64,000 bases of DNA, from positions 29,078,001-29,142,000 of the forward strand of contig CDPCPM010000016.1 in NCBI GenBank assembly GCA_976551045.1, in the 5' to 3' direction. Shown piece after piece: positions 53,696 through 64,000 of the stretch. Under the pieces are notes generated by a model that worked only from the letters and a program-made list of their open reading frames with translations, had not been told where the DNA came from and made no database searches. Position 1 is the first letter of the stretch. The number at the start of each line of letters is the position of its first letter. Source of the DNA: Glaucostegus cemiculus (Eukaryota). The position numbers and the translations under genes are program-made.

Positions 53696-54864
53696 AGTTT
53701 ACATGTGGTTGTTAGTGTGGGAAACACCAGGGATCATTGTTTTTGCCTATATGTGAGAAAGTCAAAGGGTTTTCCTTGTTCTATAGGAAAAGCATCAGTT
53801 CATTGGCCATAACTAGAATGCAAGTGATTTAGCAAGTTCAATAAATACAATACAGTGCAGCTAAAAGATTCAACTTGAAATTGGTTCAATCACATCCATT
53901 CTTGGGGCACAATTTGCATAGCCTGACATAAAACACCATCTGACCAGAATCAATTGATAAAATCAGTACGTTCTATTCTGAATAATAAGCTCAAACATCA
54001 CATGTTCCAACTACTTAATACTTAGTTATCCTTTTCTTTCCAAAAGAAAACAGTAGGTTGAATAAAAAGGAAACCATCACAGATAGAACGAAGTTATTTG
54101 ACTCCAAATACAAATAATAAAATTGAAGAACCTGAAGTTACTAGAATCAAAAAGACAGTTCAAAAGTTCTGTATAAATTCTTAACTACAGAAATCAAAGA
54201 TGTGGTAGATTCTATGATTGGATACATTGCAGAAGGCTTAAGATATCAAAGAACCTCTCCTCCATTGATTGTATTTTTGTAGGTCCTCACCACCTTGCAT
54301 GGTCACATTGATATGCAATGTGGAAAAGTTAATATATTAATTAAATATTTATGCTAGATTCTGTGGATGCCAAATGCCCTTTAGCAACTTTCTCATTTGG
54401 CTGTCTTTCTCATGTGAGTTTTAACAGTATCACCAAATTAATAACTGATCTGCATTGCAGCCAAATCTGTTCCAGTCTTCATGTCTAACACTTATATAAC
54501 ACATTTAACTGATGCTCATTGAACACAGATACAGCAGGAAATCTGGCTGATTTTCCAAACGTTCCAAGATTGTTAAGGTCAATTGGAAGATTTCCAATTC
54601 TGCCTCAATTGAAAGAAGTAGAAAAGCAAACATGGAGCTTCCCAGTCTGTAATACTTAGATCAATGCTAACATATGGTGCGTTTTATTCACTAAATGCCA
54701 GAGAAATTATAATAAGAATTGTTTTTGTGTATGATTTTATGATTCTGTGAACACTTAATTTTAAAAGCCATAGCAAACAATTCACATGCATCACAAAAAT
54801 AAGCATACAATTTTTTACAATTCTGTTGAGACAGTCACCAACTGTAACTCCAATTTCAACTTAC

Positions 54865-54910
54865 CATTATAAAGGGAGCCTCCCTCTGCATATTCCATTA
54901 CAAGGCATAC
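54865..54910 (-). CDS. MAP3K7: MAP3K7 exon 4 (46 nt): hinge
   Basis: ttccAG|VCLVMEYAEGGSLYN+G|GTaagt; phase 0-1. Confidence 0.97.
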
Positions 54911-57043
54911 CTGGAATAAAGTATTACAGTGAGGTTACAGAACATATTTGCTGTCTTCTAATGAAATATTGATTATTTTTCTTTTTGGGAGAATACATAA
55001 CCAAAGGAAAAAAAGATGCTGAAATTAAAATTTGAAGAACTTCTGACTATTTTGTGTGGAAGTCCCATCCATCAGGTAATTGGCCTTGCACTTCCTGTCA
55101 TGCATTCACTCCAACACAGATGTAAATTCCCCTTTATATTTTGTGTATGCAAAACAGTCAGCAGTGTGCATGGCTTGTTTTAACACAAGAAACTGGATAA
55201 AATAAGTAGTGACTTGCAGTCCTTGTAAATAACTCTCAATAAAATGAGAAGTGCATCATGCTAAAAATAGTGAATAATGCATCAACTAAAGTAACTTCAA
55301 CCAACTAAGCTATTAACATGTAAAAAAGCAACCCATGTAATTTTTATTTTAAAAAACTGGTACTGGCGGCCTTCTGTAAAGATTAGATGTTTCAATAAAC
55401 TGATGAATGCAGAGCACAGATCCTTGATCTGTGGACCCAATGCAACTGCTGATTACAGGGCCTTGGCGCCACCAGTGGCCATAGGGGACTGTTACATCCT
55501 CCCACAGTGATTTATTAAAGCAAGAATAGTTTGATTTTGTGACTCTTTTGTGACATTGAATTTGGCATTAGTGCTATATACAGTTCTGATTTAGTGACCA
55601 AAAATGGCCAAGGTCCAATTTCTTGCACATGTATCTACAATTTTAGCCTATGTGCTGTAGCTATTTCAAAACAAAAATAGGTCCATTTATCAGCTTATGA
55701 CAAACAAGTGTATAAAAAAACAAAATAACTAACTTTTGAGAGTTATCTACTTTAAAACTATTAACTATTATATCCTTGATTGCAATTTAACATTTGATTC
55801 TAATTATTCAGCTACCAACAGAAAAGAATGCTGTACAATACTTTGTGAATGTCCCAATTCTGAATCTTTACAGTAAAACTCTCTCACTTGAAGATTTCAA
55901 AGATGTGTAATTCAATAATAAATTTAATCCTCATGAGCACTGACAAAACGTAGTTCTCTCTAAATTATAGTCTCATAATCTGTTATTGCCATCAGACATC
56001 TTATATGACAGCCATATTTGCTAAGCCAGAAGTTCGGCTAGTGAATGAATGGGAGACTGATAAAATTCTTCACATTCCCAAAATAAATTTCACTTTCACA
56101 CTAACCCCTCCATTGAATCAAACTTTTGCAACTCTCTTCTTTCCTCTCTTCAAAAGGTTACCACTTCTCAGAGTTTTAAAACAGTTAAATAAATCATCAA
56201 CATCCAAGCTGTTCCATTGTCCAACTTCTAGAACCACATTCACCTGATTCTACACTTGAACGATACAAGAATAGTTACAGTATCTCTGGCAGCATACCTT
56301 GCAGTCCCTCAACATTCAAATTTGACCTTGGCATATTTAATAGATCTGGGAGGTTCTCTCCACATGCATACTAAGAACCTTCTCAAATTTGTCAATTGCT
56401 CTTCTGCTTCCATCCTGTCCAATGTTCAATCATGGATAATCTGAAATGTTATTCATTAAAGCCATCTCTATCAGCACTGCTGATGAACTCTATATTCTAC
56501 CATCGATGCCAAATGTTATTTGTCTCCAAGCTGAATTTACAACATAACCCAAGCCCTCTACTTCTCCAACTATAGCAATTTATGCATTGCCCTTTATTAT
56601 CTGATAATTGTGATCTTCAGCAGCAATCATGTGCTATATTCTGGAATTCTTTTTCTAAGCCTTTTTGCTTCTCTTTTCAGAGATGTTTAGATCAAAGTCT
56701 CTGGAAGGAGAGACTTGAAATGTTTGAATTTTTTGTGTTAATGAGTTAGTAGTTGATGTAACTAGCAGTCAAAAAAACAGAAATTATAGTTGCTTGCCAG
56801 GACAGTCCAACAGCAATGTAGTCGAGCAGGTTACAGAATGTCCTGAAAAGTGGAGTGAAAAGTTCCAAGACAGACAGAAAGACTGATTTTTTTTGTAGAA
56901 CATAACTCACTTACAGAGTTAAGCCCTCTTTATAAGAAACAATATAATTTCTCTGAAATATAAACACACTATTTTGATCAAACCATAGTAATGTGCAATC
57001 AGATTACATAGCCAGAAATGTTGCTAGAAATTGATCTACATAC

Positions 57044-57109
57044 TGGATTTAAACAGGCTCCGTAGAGTTTCACAATATTTGGGTGTGTTACACGTGACAA
57101 CTGTCGAAG
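57044..57109 (-). CDS. MAP3K7: MAP3K7 exon 3 (66 nt)
   Basis: ttgcAG|[22 protein letters not shown]|GTatgt; phase 0-0. Confidence 0.98.
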
Positions 57110-57929
57110 CTGCAAAAGAAGAGAAAACAAGTTATGAAATATTAAAAAGTTCTGGATAAAACTACACAGTTAAACAGCCTTAGTTGGCTGCAGTAAGGAA
57201 ACTCTACCACAAACTGCCAACAAGGGAGTAGCAAATAATTAATTGCCCCTAAACATGGGATCACATGCACAGAATAAAAAATATCTAAGACATTAAAATT
57301 CACAAATATAATACAAGTGGCACTGAATTTATTCTTTCTTGCTGTTTAAGATTAATTTATAGTAGACACTAAGGGATTGGAGTAGGTGAGATATGCAGCA
57401 CGGCAATTACTTAGCAAGGCTTTGCCTGATAAAAAAGGCAGATCTCTAATGCTACTTTGGTTTTGTGTAATTTGCAAAACAATGAATCTCCTTTATCATA
57501 TGATAGACATTGAAAAAGCATACCGTTAAAAAATTAATCTGCAATGAAATTTTATAGCTGACAGAATTTTATATGGTATGGAGCCATTTATAATTCAATT
57601 ATTTATTGCGTTATTAACAGAAACCCTCACATAATTAACTATTATTTGGTGTTTGATTAAAAACAAAATCACTCAGACTGCAGTAGAAATTAAAGGTAAT
57701 TAACAACCAACAGATAAAAAGCAATCGCCACATACAAAATGGAACTTTCTCCATCCCATCTGACCCTGGCAAATCACTCCCCATAATCATTTCCTGAGCT
57801 TCTTCCAAGGAACCAATACCAAGTTTAACAGGAGACAGAGTCCTGGCACAAAATCAAAGATTATCTTTTCTGCCCACTTACAACTGTCAGCAAAACAGGC
57901 TCACCGCCTTCTAAGTTAACAGAGCATTA

Positions 57930-59270
57930 AAAGTTGCTTTAATCTACAAGGCATTTGATAAGGTTCCACAGCAGACATCATTAGCAAAAATGAGTGCATT
58001 TTGAAGTAACTCTTTTGATACAGGGTGGGCATAAAGGGTACATAAAACATAAGGAACAGGACTAAGGCATTTGACCCCTCAAGCCTGCATTCAACAAGAT
58101 CAGGGCTGATCTTTCACCTCAGCACCATTTTGTTTTGCCTTATCTCCATATCTCTCAGTTCCTCTAATACCCAAAAGTATATGCATCTCAGTTTTGAATA
58201 AAATCAATACCTAAAGCACCACAGCCCTCTGAAGTGCAAATTTCAAAGACTCACTGTCCTTTGAGTAACAAAAAAACTCATTTCAGTCGTCTGTAACCTA
58301 CCCCTTATTTACCCCAACTGACATGGTTACCTCCAGGAATCTGTTTTGGGGGCTTAACTGTTCATTTGATTATTAAATATAGCAAAGGAATAGAAAAATC
58401 CACATGGAAGCACAGTATTATGAGGGAAAATAAGTTGTGTTGATGAGATGCAGACCAATTAAATGAGTGAAATGACGAGAAATGGCATTCAAGGTGCTAA
58501 GTGTGAAGTCATCCACTTTGGCACCCAAGAAAAAACACATACAAGCACTTCCACAATAGCGAAGCCAATAGGAACTGTAGAGAAGAAAATGGCTTTTGGG
58601 AGTCCAATATACAAAATAAATAAAGCTAGAAGGCGGGAAAACAATTAAAAGGACAGATGAAATAATAGCCTTTTAGGATAAAGATTTGAAACAGAAAGGT
58701 GATGATGTTATCCTCCAGTTAAAAAGAATCTTGATCAGATGCTACATTGAGTTTTGCTTTAATCATTGAATACCTCAGGAGGGATACACTGGCCTTGGTG
58801 GGGTGCAGCAAGTTTACCAGCATACCTGGGTTTACAGGGTTAAATATACAGTGGCCAATTAAGCTACTAACCCACATATCTTTGGGATGTGGGAGGAAAC
58901 TGGAGCACCCAGGTGAAATCCATGTAGTCACACGGAGAACGTGCAAACCTCCTATAGACAGCACCCGAGGTCAGAATTGAACCGAGGCCTCTGTTGTCAT
59001 TACACATGCCACTCTGCTGCCCTGGAGTTGCTACATTGAAAACATTTTAAAAGAACAAGACAATCATATGTGATTACTGGCAGAGAGAGGCAACTATCAC
59101 TGGTTATGTGCTTTCACTATAACGCCACAGAAACAGGCCATTTGGCCCACCATGCCTATGCTGACCATCCAAACCCATCTATATTTATCCCATTTACCAG
59201 CACTGCAAAGTGTAAGGCATCACAGGAGAAATCCATGTGGCCGGCTGATAACCTCAAATGGACTACCGAC
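57930..59270. mobile_element. Old + CR1 with a nested - CR1 tail (58045-58310) and - SINEs (58845-59020, 59125-59270)
   Basis: KAFDKVP and KCEVIHFG remnants; gggatgtgggaggaaactggagcaccc SINE motif. Confidence 0.6.
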
Positions 59271-59744
59271 CTCAACTGACACCATTTTGATAAATTTACA
59301 AATCATACTAATAGAAAATAAGTAAAAAAAAAAGTAGTTGATTACCCCTTGAGTCCCCTATGCTATTCAATTAGAGAGAGAAATGATAACGGAAAGGTGT
59401 GGAGGGACAGACGAGGTTGGTGGAGGAGACATTGCTTTGGCAATAGAAAATGAGAGGGTGATAGTGGGGCAAGAGGGGGAGATTTTTCTCCCCCCCATTC
59501 TTTCTCTCATTGGTTCTACCTTCACTCTTACAGCAACATTACCAAAGGCTGTTTAGGCAGTAGACTGGGAAAGACAAGGGGATGAAGAGATGGAGTCTAG
59601 CAGTCAGAATCGACTAACATATATGGGATGGGCACTTGTATGGAAAGGGATGCATGAGTGTTGCATTTAAAATCTGAGATGGATCAATCAAATTGCATGT
59701 GGTATTCAGAGAAACCATTGTTCTGAAAATCTGTGATGAATTCA

Positions 59745-59972
<228 letters not shown>

Positions 59973-60199
59973 TTATTTATCCTTGGAAACGATTATTCAA
60001 GATAAACTACAGGGCAAGAGGCAGCTTTTGCACTTAAAACATTTAACTACTTGCCTTAAAGAAAACCCTTAACTGTACTTTTACAATATGTCTGAAGGAG
60101 CTGAAATCGATTTTCAGCACCAGGAACCACTTGAAAACAAATCAGAACTTGAACCAAACTTCTGGCTTCAGTGGGTTGGGGGGCTCTTTCTGACAGAAC

Positions 60200-61330
60200 A
60201 GAAGCAGCACCCTGTTTTGGCAGAGAGACAGGCATGGGACCTCACGGCAATACATCCAATCCAGACACTACCACCCATTAGATTATGTCATCACCCAAGT
60301 GAGAGACCTCAAGGATATCCACATCACCATACCATAACAGATATTGAAGACAGCTCATCTGAGGACTGCTAACATGTGGGCCCAAAACAATAGCTAAAAC
60401 AGAAAGGAATAATCTACTGGAGGAACTCAGCAGGTCAAGCAGCATCAATTGGGGGGGGAGGGGGAGGTGTGGTGGAAGAGAAAACCCGACATCAGATCCT
60501 GATGCAAGGTTTTGAGCCGAAACGTTGACAATTCCTCCCCCTAACCCAACACGCACCCCCACCCACCAAGAGAAGCTGCTTGACCTGCCAAACTTCTCCA
60601 GCAGATTGTTTGTTGCTTCAGATTCCAGCATTTGCAGACTTGTGTCTCCAGCTATAACAGAAAGTTTGCCAAAAATTCCCCAGTGTTAATGTTCTCAAAG
60701 AGCCCACAAAAATTGCTCCTTAGACAGCACCACAGACACAACCTGACAACTCATGGCTAATGGGAGCCGCAAAATATCCACAACATCTGGATTGTCTTGA
60801 AATCCACTATAATTGGCCTCTCTACCAGAAAGAACCACAATTGGTTTGATCAAGATAACTTAGCGATCCAGAACCTAATTAACTATAGCTCTTCATTTTT
60901 AAACAGTGAACCCCCAGAAGTCACTTAACAGATGAAATTCATCCTTGCCTTCAGTGCACCAGTGTAACTTCTGATTATCTGAGGGGAAGTATGTGTGTTA
61001 GGTTTGCAATATTGATCTTCAAAGCTCCGAGTCTACCAGTGATCCCTTCCGTCCCACATGCTTCTGAGATTTTGATTACTCTTTGTAAGAACTGCAAAGC
61101 ACAGGTTGATGACACCAAAGCTGCCTCTGCAAAATCTTCCAAGTCCACGAGTGGGATAAGTGAACCGAAGTCAGTGTCTGCTCCCAGACCAACATCCATT
61201 TCCCTGGTACTGAGGGCCAAATTACACCCGGTTGGCCGTGTCTGGCAAGTCACATCACTCACATGCCCAAAACCAAATTTCCAAAGCCAAAGTAAAGGTC
61301 AGTACATGATCAGTGGTGGATATTTAAAGA
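60200..61330 (+). mobile_element. Decayed RTE-clade LINE with internal deletions
   Basis: Remnants LDYVITQVRDLKDIHIT (endonuclease), STRKNHNWFDQDNLAIQNLIN (linker) and CLCKIFQVHEWDK (C-terminal). Confidence 0.65.
60405..60650. mobile_element. Two head-to-head Penelope-like tails (fold-back) with a hammerhead-like core
   Basis: aatctactggaggaactcagcaggtcaagcagc is inverted relative to gctgcttgacctgccaaacttctccagcagatt; CTGATGc..GAAACgtt at 60499-60526. Confidence 0.7.
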
Positions 61331-62100
61331 TGAATAATCCATGGCTAACAAAGAAAGTAAAGAAACATGTAAAAGAAAAACTTATAAATTAGAACAAAGT
61401 AGTAAAGCTAATGGTAGAACAGAAGACTAGGATTTTCTCAGGAATCAGCAGGGACAGACTAAAAAGCTGGTAAGGAGGGAAAAAATTGATTCTGGGAGAA
61501 AACTGGCATGTAAAAATCAAAACAAACAGCAAAAACATCCATGAATATATAAAAAGGAAAAGGATAACTAAGGTAAGAGTGGGACTCCTGGAGGGTGAGA
61601 TTGGGAAACTGACAACAGGAAACAAGGAAGTGGCAGATAATTCAAAGCAATACTTGGCATTAATCTTCATAGAGGAGGACAATGCAAATTAGCCAAAGGT
61701 ATCAGATGGGCTCGTTTCAAACAGTATTGAAGAACTTGCAACAAACCCTATTACAAGAGATTAGAAAAAAATAATGGGAGTAAAGGCATTAAGTCATAAA
61801 GATCTAAGGGTTTTAAAGGAAGTGGATCCATTGATTGAAGTTTGGTTGAGTTTCAGTATACCAGCAGATTGTTTTCCAACATCTACTGTCAGCCACATTG
61901 TGAAGTCTGTGATCAAGGAAGCAGCAGCTAGTCATTTAGAGAAATGTAATGCAATCAAACCAAGACATGACTTGATTGAAGAAAAATCATGTTTTGACAA
62001 ATTTGCTGGAGTCTTAAAGGATGGAACAAGCAGAATTGATTGAAGGGAACCCGTAGAGTACATCTGGATTTTCAGAAGACATTTGAGAAGGGGCTACATA
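61330..62100 (+). mobile_element. Old CR1 ORF2 fragment
   Basis: IKTNSKNIHEYIKRKRITKVRVGLLEGEIG; KSCFDK remnant. Confidence 0.75.
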
Positions 62101-62129
62101 GTTTGGCCCCTATGTACAGTTATGGTTCA

Positions 62130-64000
62130 CTAACCTCCACAGAGGTCGTGGTACACATTGGCACCAACAACATAGGTAGGAAGGGGGAAAGAGGTCCTGC
62201 GCAGTGAGTATAGGGAGTTAGCAAAGGGGCTGAAAAGCAGGACCTCGAAGGTAGTAATTTCTGGGCTATGTGCTAGTCAGGGCAGGTGAATGTGTGGCTG
62301 AGCAACTGGTGCAGGGGGCAGGGTTTGGATCATTGGAACCTCTTCTGAGACAGAGGCGAGCTGTATAAGAGTGATGGGCTACACAGTTGGAGGGGAGTCA
62401 ATGTCTTAGCTTGGAGGTTCACAAGTGCTATTTGGGTGGGTTCAAACTAGTTTGGCAGGGGGATGGAAACCAGAGCTCCAGGTCAGAAAGTGGAGGGATT
62501 GAGAGGAAGGTAGCTTCCAAGATGGTGCCAGAGCGTGGTGACTCATTGCAAGCTGCTCTCTGCAGATGTACTCATTACTTCTACTATAATCATTCTACTC
62601 TTTTAAATTTAAATTCTATGTCACTAAGTATTACTAATAATGTTATTTTAAATCTTCTTACAGGGCTGGCAATCTTCCGACTTCTAGGAACAACTGACCC
62701 GACCTCCCAAACCCAGATGGAAATGACCAGCAAAGCCTAGGAAGTCCACACAGGGTGAAGAGCTGACCCCATGGAGCTCCCACCACTGAGACCGACTCCT
62801 GGACCCCACTGGAGCACCTGATGCAGAGACCCGAGGGTCCCTCAATGTCAGCAAAAACAGAAGAGCTGGTCATTGACTTCAGGAAAGGGGGCGGTGTCAA
62901 TGCACCTGTCCACATCCATGGTCCTGAGGTCGAGAGGGTTGAGACCTTCAAGTTCCTATGAGTGAACATCATCAATAAGCTGCCCTGGTCCAACCATGTA
63001 GAAAGTTCACAGCACCTCTACTTCCTCAGGAGGCAAAAGAAATTTGGCAAGTTCCCTTTGATACTCACCAACTTTTATCAATCCACCATAGGATGTCTGG
63101 ATGCATCATGGCTTGGTATGGCAAGTGCTCTACCCGGCACTGCAAGAAACTGCAGAATTGTGAACATAGCCCAGTGCAGCACAGAAGCCAGCCTCCCCTC
63201 TGTGGATTCTTGTCTATACCTCTCGCTGCCTTGGTAAAGCAGTCAGCATAATCAAAGACCCCACCCACCGGGGTCATTCTCTCTTCTATCCTCTCCCATC
63301 AGGCAGAAGATACCACCAGGCTCAAGGACAGCTTCTATCCCCCTGTGATAAGGCTGTTGAATGGTTCCCTTATGATGAGATGGACTCTTGACCTCACAAT
63401 CTACCTTGTTGTGGCCTTGCACCTTATTGTCTACTTGCACTGCAGTTCCTCTGTAGCTGTGACTCTTTACTCTGTATTCTGTTACTGCTTTTACCCTGTA
63501 CTACCTCAGTGCACTGTATAATGAATTGATCTGTACGAAAAGTATGCAAGACAAGTTTTTCACTGTACTTTGGTACAAGTGACAATAATAAACCAATACA
63601 GATGTCATAACCAGCAAGTCTGTAAGAAAGAACAGGCAAGGAGCAAGGTAATGGGGGGGGGGGGGGGGGGAGCGGGGGAGTTGCACTATTAATCATGGAC
63701 AACATCACAGCTGCACTCAGAGGTGACATAATGGAGGGGTCATCCACTGAGTCCCTATGGGTAGAGCTCAAAAACGAGGAAGCTGCAATCATTCTGATAA
63801 GACCATACTACAGACCAATAGCCACCTGAATACCGAGGAACAGATATACAGGCAGATTAGGGAAAGATGCAAAAACCACAAGGTTGTTGTAGTGGCTGAT
63901 TTCAACTTCCCTCATGTGGACTGGGACCTCCTTAATACAAGAAGTTTAGGCACAGAATTTATTGGGTGCATTCAGGAAGGTTTCTTAAATCAGTATATAG
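62130..64000 (+). mobile_element. CR1 piece (ORF1 esterase end, then endonuclease), interrupted by a Rex1-type element
   Basis: EVVVHIGTNNIGRK; after 63600 ESLWVELKN..YYRP and VVVVADFNFPHVDW. Confidence 0.8.
62513..63599 (+). mobile_element. Non-autonomous Rex1/Babar-type element (probable 5' end joined to ORF2 C-terminus and 3' UTR)
   Basis: Starts cttccaagatggtgccagagcgtgg; LNVSKNRR/ELVIDFRKG from about 62841; ends gtgacaataataaaccaatac; host CR1 is continuous across it. Confidence 0.75.

Noticed and set aside
55261-55270. Perfect MEF2 site ctaaaaatag
   Set aside because: An isolated AT-rich 10-mer is expected by chance in 64 kb of AT-rich DNA.
60975-61392. Overlapping 133-aa (+) and 95-aa (-) ORFs as a small gene or as MAP3K7 exon 1
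   Set aside because: Other + frames show RTE LINE motifs, and there is no match to the TAK1 N-terminus (FEEIDY..IEVEE).
63653-63680. Poly-G run as a functional G-quadruplex
   Set aside because: Homopolymer expansion at a G-rich spot inside a CR1; its length is prone to sequencing error.

Overview
Vertebrate genomic DNA, most likely a cartilaginous fish (ray or shark, inferred from the repeat families). The window holds 15 internal coding exons of MAP3K7 (TAK1) on the minus strand, equivalent to human exons 2-16. I placed every exon by hand: all have GT..AG boundaries and matching phases, and together they give 1586 nt in one open frame. Exon 1 and the last exon lie outside the window. The introns are crowded with decayed retroelements (CR1, Rex1/Babar, RTE, Penelope-like, SINEs), several of them nested; almost all long ORFs in the supplied track belong to these. 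There is a 141-nt N gap just upstream of exon 13. No prokaryotic-type system (CRISPR etc.) is present. Best leads: (1) candidate internal promoter and exons in intron 12 that could give a kinase-less, MAP3K7CL-like C-terminal isoform; (2) three RBFOX motifs in front of cassette exon 12; (3) a perfect 21-bp hairpin in intron 12; (4) a candidate poison exon in intron 3; (5) a CAGCAG tandem acceptor at exon 13; (6) hammerhead-ribozyme relics in Penelope-like tails. Repeat boundaries are approximate and family names come from motif recognition, not from a database search.
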